64,000 bases of DNA from a bacterium. Its GTDB lineage: Bacteria; UBA8248; JACPRG01; G963555815. Each line of letters begins with the position of its first letter. Within the stretch, counting starts at the first letter, position 1. Where the stretch lies: contig CAUVWX020000001.1 of the NCBI GenBank assembly GCA_963555815.3, positions 736,001 through 800,000 of the forward strand. Reading direction: 5' to 3'. Below are positions 10,808-20,446 of the stretch, in pieces. Both the position numbers and the translations under genes were made by a program. Under the pieces are notes generated by a model, which was not told where the DNA came from, did no database searches, and saw only the letters and a list, made by a program, of their open reading frames with translations.

Positions 10808-11680
10808 CTGCACATATTCCCAAAGACGGGGTGGGCGGGCCTGGCGGCAGCCGTTATCCTGCTTTTCTCATCCCCCCCAACCTTTGCCTTTGAAGAAGAC
10901 CTCCTCGTCCGCCAGGGCTCAGCGCCCCAAGCGGGTCTCACCCTCGACGAGCCGCTTTTGCTCAGCCAGAACGAAGAGGCCCCCGGGCCCGGCCCCGTCC
11001 CAAGGGTGAGAGGCTACTTCCTCGACACCTTTCCAAGACACCTTCTGCAAGGTGCCCAAAAATCCTTTTTCGGTCGAAACCTGGCCATCCTGGCCATCGC
11101 CGGCGTAGCCACCGGCGCCCTCCTGGCCGTGGACAACGACATCCGGGACTACTTCCAAGACGAGCGGCCCATCGGCCGGACTGCCCGAACGGTGGGGGAT
11201 CGGCTTGGTCTAGCGTCGACTCTCTTTGGCCTTGCAGGGGTCACCTATGGGGTGGGAGAAGCCCTCGATCACCGTGGTCTGGCCAAATCGGGCGAGATCT
11301 TCATTGAGGGTCTCTCCCTAACGGGGGTGGCCACCGCCGTCCTGAAGGTCGCCACCCAACGTGAGCGTCCCAATAACAGCAACACCCTCTCTTTTCCCTC
11401 AGCTCACGCCTCGGGCTCTTTCGCCTTTGCCGCCATGCTGGACAGTCGGTTTGGCCACAAGGCAGGGCTTCCGGCCTACCTGGCCGCCGGCTTCGTTGCT
11501 CTTTCCCGTCTCCAGAAGGACAAACACTTTATTTCGGACACCTTCTTTGGCGCCGCCCTCGGGACCGTTGTGGGATACGCCGTGGAGAGGCTTAACCGGG
11601 GTGAGGGAAACGGCCGGTTCGTCATTGTCCCTCTTGTGGGTCCCGAGGAGGTGGGTGTCCAAGTGGGCTTTCGCTTTTGA
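10808..11680 (+). CDS. PAP2-family phosphatase (exported/membrane), probable CTG start
   Basis: KVATQRERP, SFPSAHA, SRLQKDKHFISD motifs; RBS GAGGAGGG then CTG giving signal peptide HIFPKTGWAGLAAAVILLFSSPPTFA. Confidence 0.85.
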   Translation: MHIFPKTGWAGLAAAVILLFSSPPTFAFEEDLLVRQGSAPQAGLTLDEPLLLSQNEEAPGPGPVPRVRGYFLDTFPRHLLQGAQKSFFGRNLAILAIAGVATGALLAVDNDIRDYFQDERPIGRTARTVGDRLGLASTLFGLAGVTYGVGEALDHRGLAKSGEIFIEGLSLTGVATAVLKVATQRERPNNSNTLSFPSAHASGSFAFAAMLDSRFGHKAGLPAYLAAGFVALSRLQKDKHFISDTFFGAALGTVVGYAVERLNRGEGNGRFVIVPLVGPEEVGVQVGFRF

Positions 11681-11880
11681 GCCCTTATGTGCGGGACCGG
11701 GGCTCCCCTGTCATCCTTCCGCAGGGGAGCCCCGTTGAGGGTTTTGCCGGGTCCATCCACAAGGACATTCGGCGAGGCCTGAAGTTTGCCAAAATTTGGG
11801 GATCGGCCAAATTCGACGGCCAAAGGGTGAGCCGCGACCATGTCCTCCAGGACCAAGATGTAGTGGAATTGCACGTGTGA
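11677..11880 (+). pseudogene. isolated C-terminal TGS domain of a DRG/Obg-type GTPase (gene remnant)
   Basis: PVILPQGS...IHKD...FAKIWGSAKFDGQRVSRDHVLQDQDVVELH; no GTPase domain upstream. Confidence 0.7.
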
Positions 11881-11973
11881 GGACCCAGCCGATCGCCCTT
11901 AACAAGGCTCGCCCGTCCCCCACCAGGGGCTTGATTTATCTACTGAATAAGATCCGTGAAGCCGGAGGCTGTG

Positions 11974-12002
11974 TTGACGGACTCCCGAGGAGCCAGTACA
12001 AT
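11974..12002 (+). promoter_or_regulatory. sigma70 promoter for galU
   Basis: TTGACG-N17-TACAAT. Confidence 0.65.
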
Positions 12003-12085
12003 GGGTGAAAGGCTAGCCAATTGACTTCCTTATATATATCTAAGCATCATTTGGGTTTCTCCCCTTGGTCAATGGGGTCATGGGA

Positions 12086-12955
12086 ATGTCTCGTAAGGTC
12101 AAAAAGGCCGTCTTTCCGGTGGCCGGGCTGGGGACCCGATTTCTTCCCGTCACCAAGGCCTCGCCCAAGGAGATGCTCCCCTTGGTCGATAAACCCCTCA
12201 TCCAGTATGCGGTTGAGGAGGCCGTTGCCGCGGGGATTCAGGAGATTGTATTCATCACGGGGCGGGGAAAACGGGCTATTGAGGACCATTTTGATATCTC
12301 TGTGGAGCTTGAGCAGTCCCTGGAGCAGCGGGGGGAGCTGGATCGCCTGGAGGAGGTCCGGCGGATCTCGAACTTGGCGGACTGCATCTATATCCGACAG
12401 AAGGAGCCCCTTGGCCTTGGCCACGCCATCCTTTGCGCCCGGGATGTTGTGGGAGATGAACCCTTTGCAGTCCTCCTGGGAGACGACATTATAGACGGAG
12501 AACGGCCGGCCATTGGTCAGGCCATCGAGGTCTTCGAGACCCGGGGCGGGCCTGTCGTGGCCGTCGAGCCTCTTCCCGAGGAACACCTCAGCGCATACGG
12601 CGTCATTGACGGGGAACCCCTGGGAGACGGCCTTCACCGGATTCGGGATCTCGTGGAGAAGCCGGCTTCGGGGGAGGCCCCCTCGAATCTGGCCGTCATC
12701 GGTCGTTATGTCTTAACGCCCGAGATCTTTGGTTATCTCGGGAGTGCCTCGCCAGACGGGCGGGGCGAGATCCAACTGACGGAAGGACTGAGGGCCCTGG
12801 CGAGGGCCCAGACCCTCTATGGGTTTCAATTTGAGGGAAAGCGCTACGACGCTGGAAACGTCCGGGGGTTCCTGGAGGCCACAGTGGAGTTCGCCCTCAA
12901 GCGCCCGGACCTGAGAGAGGCCTTCGGGTCCTATCTGAAGGACCTGAAACTATAG
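12086..12955 (+). CDS. galU: UTP--glucose-1-phosphate uridylyltransferase
   Basis: KAVFPVAGLGTRFLPVTKASPKEMLP, GLGHA, GEIQLT. Confidence 0.96.
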   Translation: MSRKVKKAVFPVAGLGTRFLPVTKASPKEMLPLVDKPLIQYAVEEAVAAGIQEIVFITGRGKRAIEDHFDISVELEQSLEQRGELDRLEEVRRISNLADCIYIRQKEPLGLGHAILCARDVVGDEPFAVLLGDDIIDGERPAIGQAIEVFETRGGPVVAVEPLPEEHLSAYGVIDGEPLGDGLHRIRDLVEKPASGEAPSNLAVIGRYVLTPEIFGYLGSASPDGRGEIQLTEGLRALARAQTLYGFQFEGKRYDAGNVRGFLEATVEFALKRPDLREAFGSYLKDLKL

Positions 12956-12990
12956 TTGAGTTTTCGGAAAGCGCCGAGCGGTGCACTGAG

Positions 12991-13164
12991 ATGACATCTT
13001 CATCCGAGGACCCTGTCCCAGCCAGCCCTGACCCGCCCCCACCTGTCCTCCGTCTTATTCCCTCCCAAACGCTATCCTGTCTCCGGCTGAGAGGTCTGTC
13101 CGGCCGCCTTGGGAGTGGCTGGGGGGTTCCTGGCCGGGACCTGCTCGACGGCAGGGGTGAGTAA
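12991..13164 (+). other. Pro-rich 57-codon upstream ORF / candidate leader peptide
   Basis: MTSSSEDPVPASPDPPPPVLRLIP...; its TAA abuts the ATG of the CNNM gene; weak RBS. Confidence 0.35.
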
Positions 13165-14214
13165 ATGGAGGCCTCTTTCCTCATTCGGCTTGCCCTCTTT
13201 TTTCTTCTCCTGGGTCTGTCAGCCTTTTTCTCGGCTTCAGAGGCCAGCCTCTTCTCTCTGAGGCGGGCTCGGCTGGAACACCTGAAGAAGCAGGGGTTTT
13301 CCGTGGCGGAGGTCATCTCGGACCTTCTCGCTCGTCCCCGCCGGCTCATCATCTCCATCCTCATCGGAAACGAGATGGTGAATATCGCGATGTCAGCCAT
13401 CGCCGTTTCCCTCATCTTCTTGTGGCTGGGAGAGACCCGGAGGTGGGTGGCCGTTCTTATCATGGCGCCGATCCTCATGCTTTTTGGGGAGATCACGCCG
13501 AAGACCCTGGCCCTCATGCGCCCGGAGTGGACCTCACGTCTGGTGGCCAGGCCCATTACGCTCTTCTCCCTGGTGATCACCCCGCTTCGCTGGGTCTTTC
13601 GCCACGCCTCCGAAGGCCTCCTTCGGGCCTTCGGGGGAGGGGTGCGGCCCCCAGAGAACATCATCATGGAGGACGAATTCCGAAGCCTGGTGGATATGGG
13701 ACTCGAGGAGGGGGAAATCGAGGAAGACGAGCGGCGGATGATCCACAACGTCTTTGAGTTGGGCGAGACGCTGGTCTCTGACATTATGGTGCCCCGGACG
13801 GACATCTTCCTTCTCTCCTACAATCTGGGACTCCCCGAGATCCTGGAGGCCATTAAGAAAAATCCATTTTCGCGAATCCCCGTCTATCGAAACCATCCCG
13901 ATAACATCGTCGGCATCCTCTATACAAAAGACCTGCTGAGCCTCGTGAGGCGGCCTTTTGCGGCGGACCGAGGGGGCCACCGTCTTCCTCTTCGGGAGCC
14001 CTACTTCATCCCGCCCAGCAAGCGGGTGGACGACCTCTTTCAGGATTTTCAGCAGAAGCGGACCCACGTGGCGCTCGTGGTGGATGAATTTGGGAACCTC
14101 GCTGGCGTGATCAGCATGGAAGATGTCCTGAAGGAGCTCTTCGGCAAGATGGAGGGGAACCATGAGGGGAAGGCTCGCCGGGACCTCGAAACCCTCGAGG
14201 CTACTGGATTATGA
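13165..14214 (+). CDS. CNNM(DUF21)-CBS hemolysin-family Mg2+/Co2+ exporter (no CorC domain)
   Basis: SAFFSASEASL, ILIGNE, FGEITPK, IMVPR, FSRIPVY, VVDEFG..EDVLKELFG. Confidence 0.9.
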   Translation: MEASFLIRLALFFLLLGLSAFFSASEASLFSLRRARLEHLKKQGFSVAEVISDLLARPRRLIISILIGNEMVNIAMSAIAVSLIFLWLGETRRWVAVLIMAPILMLFGEITPKTLALMRPEWTSRLVARPITLFSLVITPLRWVFRHASEGLLRAFGGGVRPPENIIMEDEFRSLVDMGLEEGEIEEDERRMIHNVFELGETLVSDIMVPRTDIFLLSYNLGLPEILEAIKKNPFSRIPVYRNHPDNIVGILYTKDLLSLVRRPFAADRGGHRLPLREPYFIPPSKRVDDLFQDFQQKRTHVALVVDEFGNLAGVISMEDVLKELFGKMEGNHEGKARRDLETLEATGL

Positions 14215-15470
14215 CCCTTTTCCTCATCCTCTCCATTATGGCCTTCTGTTTGGCGGTGGAGTTTTTCTTCGCGGGGACGGAGCTGGCCATGGTGGCCGCC
14301 GACCGCATTCGTCTCCGCCATCGGGCCGAAGCAGGGGGGAAGGGGGAAAAGCTGGCGCTTGAGCTGCTTGAACGTCCCGAGTGGCTTATGGCCACCACCC
14401 TCACCTGCCACAATGTTGCATTCGTCACCAACGTGACTCTGGGAACGGTCCTCATACTGCAATGGGTGGGTCCTCAATACGGGGAACTCGTGACCCTTCT
14501 TATTCTCTCCCCCTTCCTCCTCGTCCTCGGAGAGATCGTGCCGAAGAGCCTTTTCCAGCAGCAGGCCGATCGGATTGCCCCCAAAGCCGCCTATGTGGTC
14601 TGGTTTGCCTCGCGCCTTCTTTATCCCGTGATTTTCCTCATCAGTCGAGTGACGGGGGGGCTCCTTCGGCGCTCCGAGCGAGAGAATCTCCCTTTCGTGA
14701 CCCGGGAGGAGCTCAACCTGATGCTCCAGACGACCAGCCGCGGAGGGGACGTCAAGGCCGAGGAGCGGCGCATGATCCACCGGATCTTCACCTTTGGAAA
14801 CACGACGGCCCGGGAAGCCATGGTCCCTATGGTGGAGGTCGTGGCCGTCCCCGAGACGGCCAGCGTGGAGGACATTGTGGCCAAGATGGAGGAAAAGGGT
14901 TACTCCCGTATCCCCGTCTATCAGGAGCGGGTCCAGAACATCGTTGGGGTGGTGAATGTCTTTGATGTGCTCACCCTCTCCCCCGAGGAGCAGAGCCCGA
15001 AGGGGATCGTTCAACCGGTCTACTACGTTCCTGAATCCATGCGGGCCGACGACCTCCTCCGGGCCTTGGAGGAGCGTGGGGAGAACCTGGCAGTGGTGGT
15101 GGACGAGTATGGGGGGAGCATCGGGATCGTGACGGTGGAGGACCTCCTAGAGGAAATCGTGGGGGAAATACAGGACGAGTTTGAGACCGAGATCAAACAA
15201 TATTATCGGCTGCCGGACGGCTCCTTTCTTATAAAGGCCAGGATGGAGGTGGACGCCATCAATGAAGAATTGGGGCTTCAGATCCCCAAGGGTTCCTACG
15301 AGACCCTGGCGGGGTACATCACGACCCACCTGGAGCGCATCCCACGACCCGGCGAGGTGCTGCGGTCGTCTGGTCTTGAGCTGACGGTCGTTTACGCCAC
15401 ATCAAAGAGCGTGAAAGAGGTGCGGGTGCGTCGCCTTCCCCCGGAGGCTGGACAGGCTAGAAACTCTTAG
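14211..15470 (+). CDS. CNNM-CBS-CorC_HlyC hemolysin-family transporter
   Basis: [48 protein letters not shown]. Confidence 0.92.
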   Translation: MTLFLILSIMAFCLAVEFFFAGTELAMVAADRIRLRHRAEAGGKGEKLALELLERPEWLMATTLTCHNVAFVTNVTLGTVLILQWVGPQYGELVTLLILSPFLLVLGEIVPKSLFQQQADRIAPKAAYVVWFASRLLYPVIFLISRVTGGLLRRSERENLPFVTREELNLMLQTTSRGGDVKAEERRMIHRIFTFGNTTAREAMVPMVEVVAVPETASVEDIVAKMEEKGYSRIPVYQERVQNIVGVVNVFDVLTLSPEEQSPKGIVQPVYYVPESMRADDLLRALEERGENLAVVVDEYGGSIGIVTVEDLLEEIVGEIQDEFETEIKQYYRLPDGSFLIKARMEVDAINEELGLQIPKGSYETLAGYITTHLERIPRPGEVLRSSGLELTVVYATSKSVKEVRVRRLPPEAGQARNS

Positions 15471-15558
15471 CCCTCGACTGCCCCTTAACAAGTCTTCTTC
15501 GTTCGAGGAAATCCACGGAATTGAGGCCGATCCCCACCACGTCAAACTGCGGCTCCAT
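15457..15558 (-). pseudogene. N-terminal stub of a PfkB-family carbohydrate kinase
   Basis: GAGG directly upstream, then MEPQFDVVGIGLNSVDFL; sequence diverges and stops after 33 aa. Confidence 0.55.
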
Positions 15559-15627
15559 CCTCTTTCCCTCTTCGGGCCGCCATGCGGAAGAGGAGTGGGT
15601 GAAAAGGGGCGGGAAGCCCGCAGCGCT

Positions 15628-15655
15628 TTGACTTTTAGTGGATTTCCTCTATAGT
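15628..15655 (+). promoter_or_regulatory. sigma70 promoter
   Basis: TTGACT-N16-TATAGT upstream of the aminotransferase. Confidence 0.55.
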
Positions 15656-15718
15656 GAAAACTATCTTTATAAAGCCAGGAGGGATTAAAGGTGCTGTTTT
15701 TCCATCCTTTGGGGCATT

Positions 15719-16912
15719 TTGAGCGTGGATTACTCTGATCTCAGATTTGCTGAACGCATCCTCCTGGGTCCTGGCCCCAGCACGGCCGATCCGCGCGTCC
15801 TTCGGGCCATGAATACACCGATCCTTGGCTACCTGGACCCGGATTACCAGAGGACCATGCAGGACGTGGTGGAACTCCTTCGCTACACCTTTCAAACCCA
15901 AAACGAGGCCACCTTTCCGGTTCAAGGGACCGGCTTTTCGGGCATGGACGCCTGTCTTGGGAGCCTCATTGAGCCCGAAGACAAGGTCATCATCGCCGTC
16001 AACGGCTTCTTCGGGGGGCGCATGTGTGAGATGGCGGAGCGTTATGGCGCCCGCGTGGTTCGCCTGGACCAGGAGTGGGGGAAGGCTTTCCCCACCGAAG
16101 TCATCGAAGAGGCCCTTCGAAAGCATTCCGACGCCAAGCTCTTCGCCCTCATCCACGCAGAGACCTCGACGGGGGTGCGCCAGCCCCTGGATGGGATCGG
16201 CCAGCTCTGTCAGGAATGCGGCCCCCTCTTTCTCGTTGACGCGGTGACCTCTCTTGGCGGGTGCCCCCTTTACGTGGACGCGTGGGGGATTGACATCTGC
16301 TACAGTGGGTCTCAGAAGTGCCTGGGCTGCCCCCCCGGAATGGCCCCTTTGACCATTAATGAGCGGGCCCTGGGCGTCATGGCGGAACGGCGGCGCAAGC
16401 CGGCCTCTTATTATCTCGACCTTTCTCTTATCAAGGATTATTGGAACGAGAAGCGTGTCTATCATCACACGGGTCCCGCGGCGATGGTCTATGGCCTGAG
16501 GGAGGCCCTGAGGATCTTGGCGGAGGAGGAGCTGGAGAACCGGTGGCAGCGTCACGCCAAAAACGCCTCCGCTCTTTGGGCTGGGCTCGAGGCCCTGGAC
16601 CTAGAGCTGTTCGCAGACAAAGACTGTCGCCTCCCCAGCCTGACGACGGTTCGCCTAAAAGAAACCATGGAGGATGCTCCTCTGCGAAGGCGCCTTCTTC
16701 GTGAGTTCAATCTGGAGGTGGGGGGAGGGCTGGGGCCCATCGCCGGGCAGATCTGGCGTATCGGCCTCATGGGTTATGCCTCCACCAGGCGAAATGTCAT
16801 GTATTTCTTCTCGGCCCTAGAGTCCCTCTTACAGGATCTGGGTTCCCTGAAAGAGGTGGGTCAGGGTCTTGCCGCCGCCCAGGGGGTCTACCTGGACCAA
16901 AAGGGCGGTTGA
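15719..16912 (+). CDS. alanine/serine--glyoxylate aminotransferase (class V PLP)
   Basis: [43 protein letters not shown]. Confidence 0.93.
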   Translation: MSVDYSDLRFAERILLGPGPSTADPRVLRAMNTPILGYLDPDYQRTMQDVVELLRYTFQTQNEATFPVQGTGFSGMDACLGSLIEPEDKVIIAVNGFFGGRMCEMAERYGARVVRLDQEWGKAFPTEVIEEALRKHSDAKLFALIHAETSTGVRQPLDGIGQLCQECGPLFLVDAVTSLGGCPLYVDAWGIDICYSGSQKCLGCPPGMAPLTINERALGVMAERRRKPASYYLDLSLIKDYWNEKRVYHHTGPAAMVYGLREALRILAEEELENRWQRHAKNASALWAGLEALDLELFADKDCRLPSLTTVRLKETMEDAPLRRRLLREFNLEVGGGLGPIAGQIWRIGLMGYASTRRNVMYFFSALESLLQDLGSLKEVGQGLAAAQGVYLDQKGG

Positions 16913-16922
16913 GGAGGACTCC

Positions 16923-17147
16923 ATGTTTGGTCTTGGGATGACGGAACTTCTCATCATCTTGCTCGTCGTTGTCGTTATCTTCGGCGCGAGAAGGCTTCCG
17001 GAGATCGGGGGCGGCCTTGGAAAGGCCATCCGCAACTTCAGGAAGGGGGCCTCGGGCCAGGATACGGGCAAGGAGAATGAGGGGGAGCCATCTGAGATAG
17101 AAGAGAAGACGGTGAAGACGCAGGGAGGGGATCCAAAGAAGACCTGA
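16923..17147 (+). CDS. tatA: twin-arginine translocase TatA
   Basis: [45 protein letters not shown]. Confidence 0.93.
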   Translation: MFGLGMTELLIILLVVVVIFGARRLPEIGGGLGKAIRNFRKGASGQDTGKENEGEPSEIEEKTVKTQGGDPKKT

Positions 17148-17204
17148 GATGCATGAATCACGTGGGTTTTTCTCCTTGGGTGTTTTCAGCGTGAAAGATA
17201 AGCC

Positions 17205-18431
17205 ATGAAGGATTTCTTTAAAGTCGCCACGCCGGCCGAGGTCTTAGCCCTCGTCCCGGAGTTCGAGCCCCTTTCGACCGAGTCGGTCCCTGTGCCGGAG
17301 GCCCTCGGAAGGGTCACTGCCCAGGACATCCTCTCCCCCGTCAACCTCCCTGATTTTAGCCGGTCCACCATGGACGGATTCGCCGTGATGGCTCAGGACA
17401 CCACCGGGGCCAGTGAGGGCTCTCCCATCGAATTCAATCTGATGGGGGAGGTCCTAATGGGAGAGGTCCCGAAGGTCAAGGTGGGCGCGGGTCAGGCGGC
17501 CCGGATCTACACGGGCGGCATGATGCCCGACGGCGCTGACGCGGTCGTTATGGATGAATACGTCAACGTCGTCGATGACTCCCTCATCGGGGTGATGCGG
17601 GTTGCCGCGCCGGGGGGGAACATGATCCACGTCGGACAGGACATCGCCGAGGGGCAGGTGGTCATCCACGCAGGAGACGTCCTTCGCCCCCAGGAGCTCG
17701 GTGCCCTCTCGGGCCTGGGGATCACAGAGGTGACGGTCTACCGAAAACCCCGGGTCGCCATCTTCGCCACGGGCGATGAAATCGTGGACCCCTCTGAGAA
17801 CCCCGGCCCCGGCCAGATCCGGGACATCAACCGCTTCACCCTGAGCGCCCTCACGACAGAAGCGGGTGGCATCTCCGTGCCCCTCGGCATTGTGAAGGAC
17901 GACGAGGCGGCACTAAAGGAGAAGGTCCGGGGGGCCTTGGAGTCCTGCGACATGGTCCTCCTCTCTGGGGGGAGCTCCATGGGCCGCCGGGACTACAGCG
18001 TTGACGTCATCAATTCCATGGGGGCTCCCGGGGTGCTCATCCACGGGGTCTCCATTAAACCGGGGAAGCCCCTCATCTTCGGGCGGGTGGGAAAAAAGCC
18101 CGTCATTGGAGTCCCTGGACACCCCGCTTCCAACATGATGGTCTTTCAGGTCTTCATCAAACCCGTACTCCACCGAATCGGAGGGCGGCCTCTCAAGCCC
18201 TCCAGCCCCTTGGCTGAGGCCACTCTGACCCGGAATGTCCCATCAGCCCCAGGCAGAGAGGACTACATTCGCGTCCGCCTGGAAAAGAGAGACGGAAAGC
18301 TCCTGGCCCATCCGGTCCTGGGAAGCTCCGGCATGATCTCCACTATGGTGAAGGCCGATGGGTTCATCATCATCGGGTTCGATGAGGAGGGGGTCGCCGA
18401 GGGCAAGCAGGTCCCGGTGTACTCTTTCTGA
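17205..18431 (+). CDS. moeA: molybdopterin molybdotransferase MoeA
   Basis: FSRSTMDGFAV, IYTGGMMPDGADAVVM, ATGDE, SGGSSMG, IKPGKP. Confidence 0.94.
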   Translation: MKDFFKVATPAEVLALVPEFEPLSTESVPVPEALGRVTAQDILSPVNLPDFSRSTMDGFAVMAQDTTGASEGSPIEFNLMGEVLMGEVPKVKVGAGQAARIYTGGMMPDGADAVVMDEYVNVVDDSLIGVMRVAAPGGNMIHVGQDIAEGQVVIHAGDVLRPQELGALSGLGITEVTVYRKPRVAIFATGDEIVDPSENPGPGQIRDINRFTLSALTTEAGGISVPLGIVKDDEAALKEKVRGALESCDMVLLSGGSSMGRRDYSVDVINSMGAPGVLIHGVSIKPGKPLIFGRVGKKPVIGVPGHPASNMMVFQVFIKPVLHRIGGRPLKPSSPLAEATLTRNVPSAPGREDYIRVRLEKRDGKLLAHPVLGSSGMISTMVKADGFIIIGFDEEGVAEGKQVPVYSF

Positions 18432-18502
18432 ACCCCGGGCACCGGGGTTCTGGGCCCCCGAGGGCCAAAAATTCCTGTTGAGCCGTGATGAAGGTGTCAC
18501 CG

Positions 18503-20446
18503 ATGAAAGATCGCCGAATCTATATCGACCGGATGCCGCTGGAGAAAGCCCTCCCCCTCTTCCTCAACGCAGTGGCCGTCCCAAGTCCGATTCCGACGGA
18601 GACGGTCCCCGTGGAGGAAAGCCTGGGGCGCATCACCGGGGCCCCCCTTCACGCCCGGGTCTCTTCCCCCCACTACCATGCGGCGGCGATGGACGGCGCT
18701 GCAGTTCGGTCCCAGGACACCGTCGGGGCCGGAGAGGGCCACCCCCTCACTCTCAAAATGGGCCAGGAGGCCTTCTATCTGGACACGGGAGACCCGCTCC
18801 CTGAGGGGACCGACGCCGTCATCATGATCGAGAACATCCAACCCCACGGGAAGGACGCCATTGAGATCATGGCCTCGGTCGCCCCTTGGCAGCACGTGAG
18901 GACCATGGGAGAGGACATTGTGGCCTCTCAGCTCATCCTTCCGCCAGGACACCGCATCCGCCCCCACGATGTGGGGGCCCTCCTGGCGGGGGGATTGACT
19001 CACATCCCGGTTCGCCGACGGCCGCGGGTGGTCGTGATCCCGACCGGGACCGAGCTGGTCCAGCCTGGCAGCCCTTTAAAGCCCGGGGACATCATCGAGA
19101 CCAACTCCCGCATGCTTGGGAACTTCGCCCGGGAATGGGGGGCCGAGTGGGTCCCTCACCCCATCGTCCGGGACGACTATGAGTCCCTGAAGGCGGCAGT
19201 GAGCCAGGCCGTAAAGTCCTGCGATGTGGTAGTGGTCAACGCCGGTTCCTCCGCAGGGTCAGAGGACTACACGGTGCACGTCTTTGAGGAACTGGGGGAG
19301 GTGCTTCAGCACGGAGTGGGCATCGCCCCCGGGCAGCCTACGATCCTGGGGGTCATCTCGGGAAAGCCTGTGATGGGCTGCCCAGGTTTTCCCGTCTCGG
19401 CGGCCGTCATCTTCGTGGAGTTCATGCGGCCTCTCTTGGCAAGGCTCCTCGGCGTCGCCACACCTCAGGGTGTGAAGATTCGGGCGACAGTGGCCCGAAA
19501 GCTCCCCTCCAAGCTTGGGCTTCTCGATCTCGTCCGGGTTAAGGTGGGGCGGGTGAACGGTCGGGCCGTCGCCCTGCCTCTTTCCCGCGGCGCTTCCCTG
19601 ACCACCTCCCTGGCCGAGGCCGACGGGGTGATCCGGATCCCGCAAAATTCCGAGGGCATAGAGCAGGGGCGAGAGGTGGAGGTAGAGCTCTTCCGGGACC
19701 CTCACGAGATCGAGGGGAATATCCTCTTCACGGGAAGCCACGACATGGCTCTCGACCTGTTGGCGACTTCCCTCCGGGAGGAGTCTCCCGGGACGACCCT
19801 CTCTAAAGCTCCCATGGGGAGCCTTGATGGGCTCCTTGCCCTCAAACGGGGGGAGGCCCATCTCGCCGGCTCCCATCTCCTGGACCCCGAGACCGGGGAG
19901 TACAATTTCCCCACCCTTCGCAAGTATTTCGAGCCGGGCCAGATGACCGTGGTCCAGTTCGTCTACCGGCAACAGGGGCTCATCGTGCCTTCGGGAAACC
20001 CCAAGGGGATAAAGAGCGTGGAGGACCTCGTCCGGCCCGACGTGCAATTCATCAATCGACAACGGGGCGCCGGGACCCGCGTCCTTCTTGAGCACAAGCT
20101 GGGTGAACTCGGATTAGACCCCCGTCGGATCTCCGGCTACCATCGAATCGCCACGACCCATATGGCCCTCGCGGCCGCCGTTGTGAGCCGGAGCGCCGAC
20201 GTGGGCCTGGGGGTGATCGCCGCCGCCATGGCCCTGGGTCTTGATTTCATCCCTGTGGGTTGGGAGCGTTACGATCTGGTCATCCCGCGGGACTTTCTAG
20301 AGCTCTCCCTCCTGAGGCCCCTCCTTCAGATCCTTCGCACCCCGGCCTTCCAAAAGAAGGTGGAAGCGATGGGGGGATACAGTGTGGCCCGGATGGGAGA
20401 CCTCCTGGAGGCGGACCCCGGTCCCTTTGAAGGGGGGAGCCTGTGA
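18503..20446 (+). CDS. MoeA fused to a periplasmic-binding-type (PBP) domain
   Basis: AAMDG, DTGDPLP, NAGSSAGSEDY; C-terminal GSHD..GSLDGL..FINRQRGAGTR..ERYDL. Confidence 0.93.
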   Translation: MKDRRIYIDRMPLEKALPLFLNAVAVPSPIPTETVPVEESLGRITGAPLHARVSSPHYHAAAMDGAAVRSQDTVGAGEGHPLTLKMGQEAFYLDTGDPLPEGTDAVIMIENIQPHGKDAIEIMASVAPWQHVRTMGEDIVASQLILPPGHRIRPHDVGALLAGGLTHIPVRRRPRVVVIPTGTELVQPGSPLKPGDIIETNSRMLGNFAREWGAEWVPHPIVRDDYESLKAAVSQAVKSCDVVVVNAGSSAGSEDYTVHVFEELGEVLQHGVGIAPGQPTILGVISGKPVMGCPGFPVSAAVIFVEFMRPLLARLLGVATPQGVKIRATVARKLPSKLGLLDLVRVKVGRVNGRAVALPLSRGASLTTSLAEADGVIRIPQNSEGIEQGREVEVELFRDPHEIEGNILFTGSHDMALDLLATSLREESPGTTLSKAPMGSLDGLLALKRGEAHLAGSHLLDPETGEYNFPTLRKYFEPGQMTVVQFVYRQQGLIVPSGNPKGIKSVEDLVRPDVQFINRQRGAGTRVLLEHKLGELGLDPRRISGYHRIATTHMALAAAVVSRSADVGLGVIAAAMALGLDFIPVGWERYDLVIPRDFLELSLLRPLLQILRTPAFQKKVEAMGGYSVARMGDLLEADPGPFEGGSL

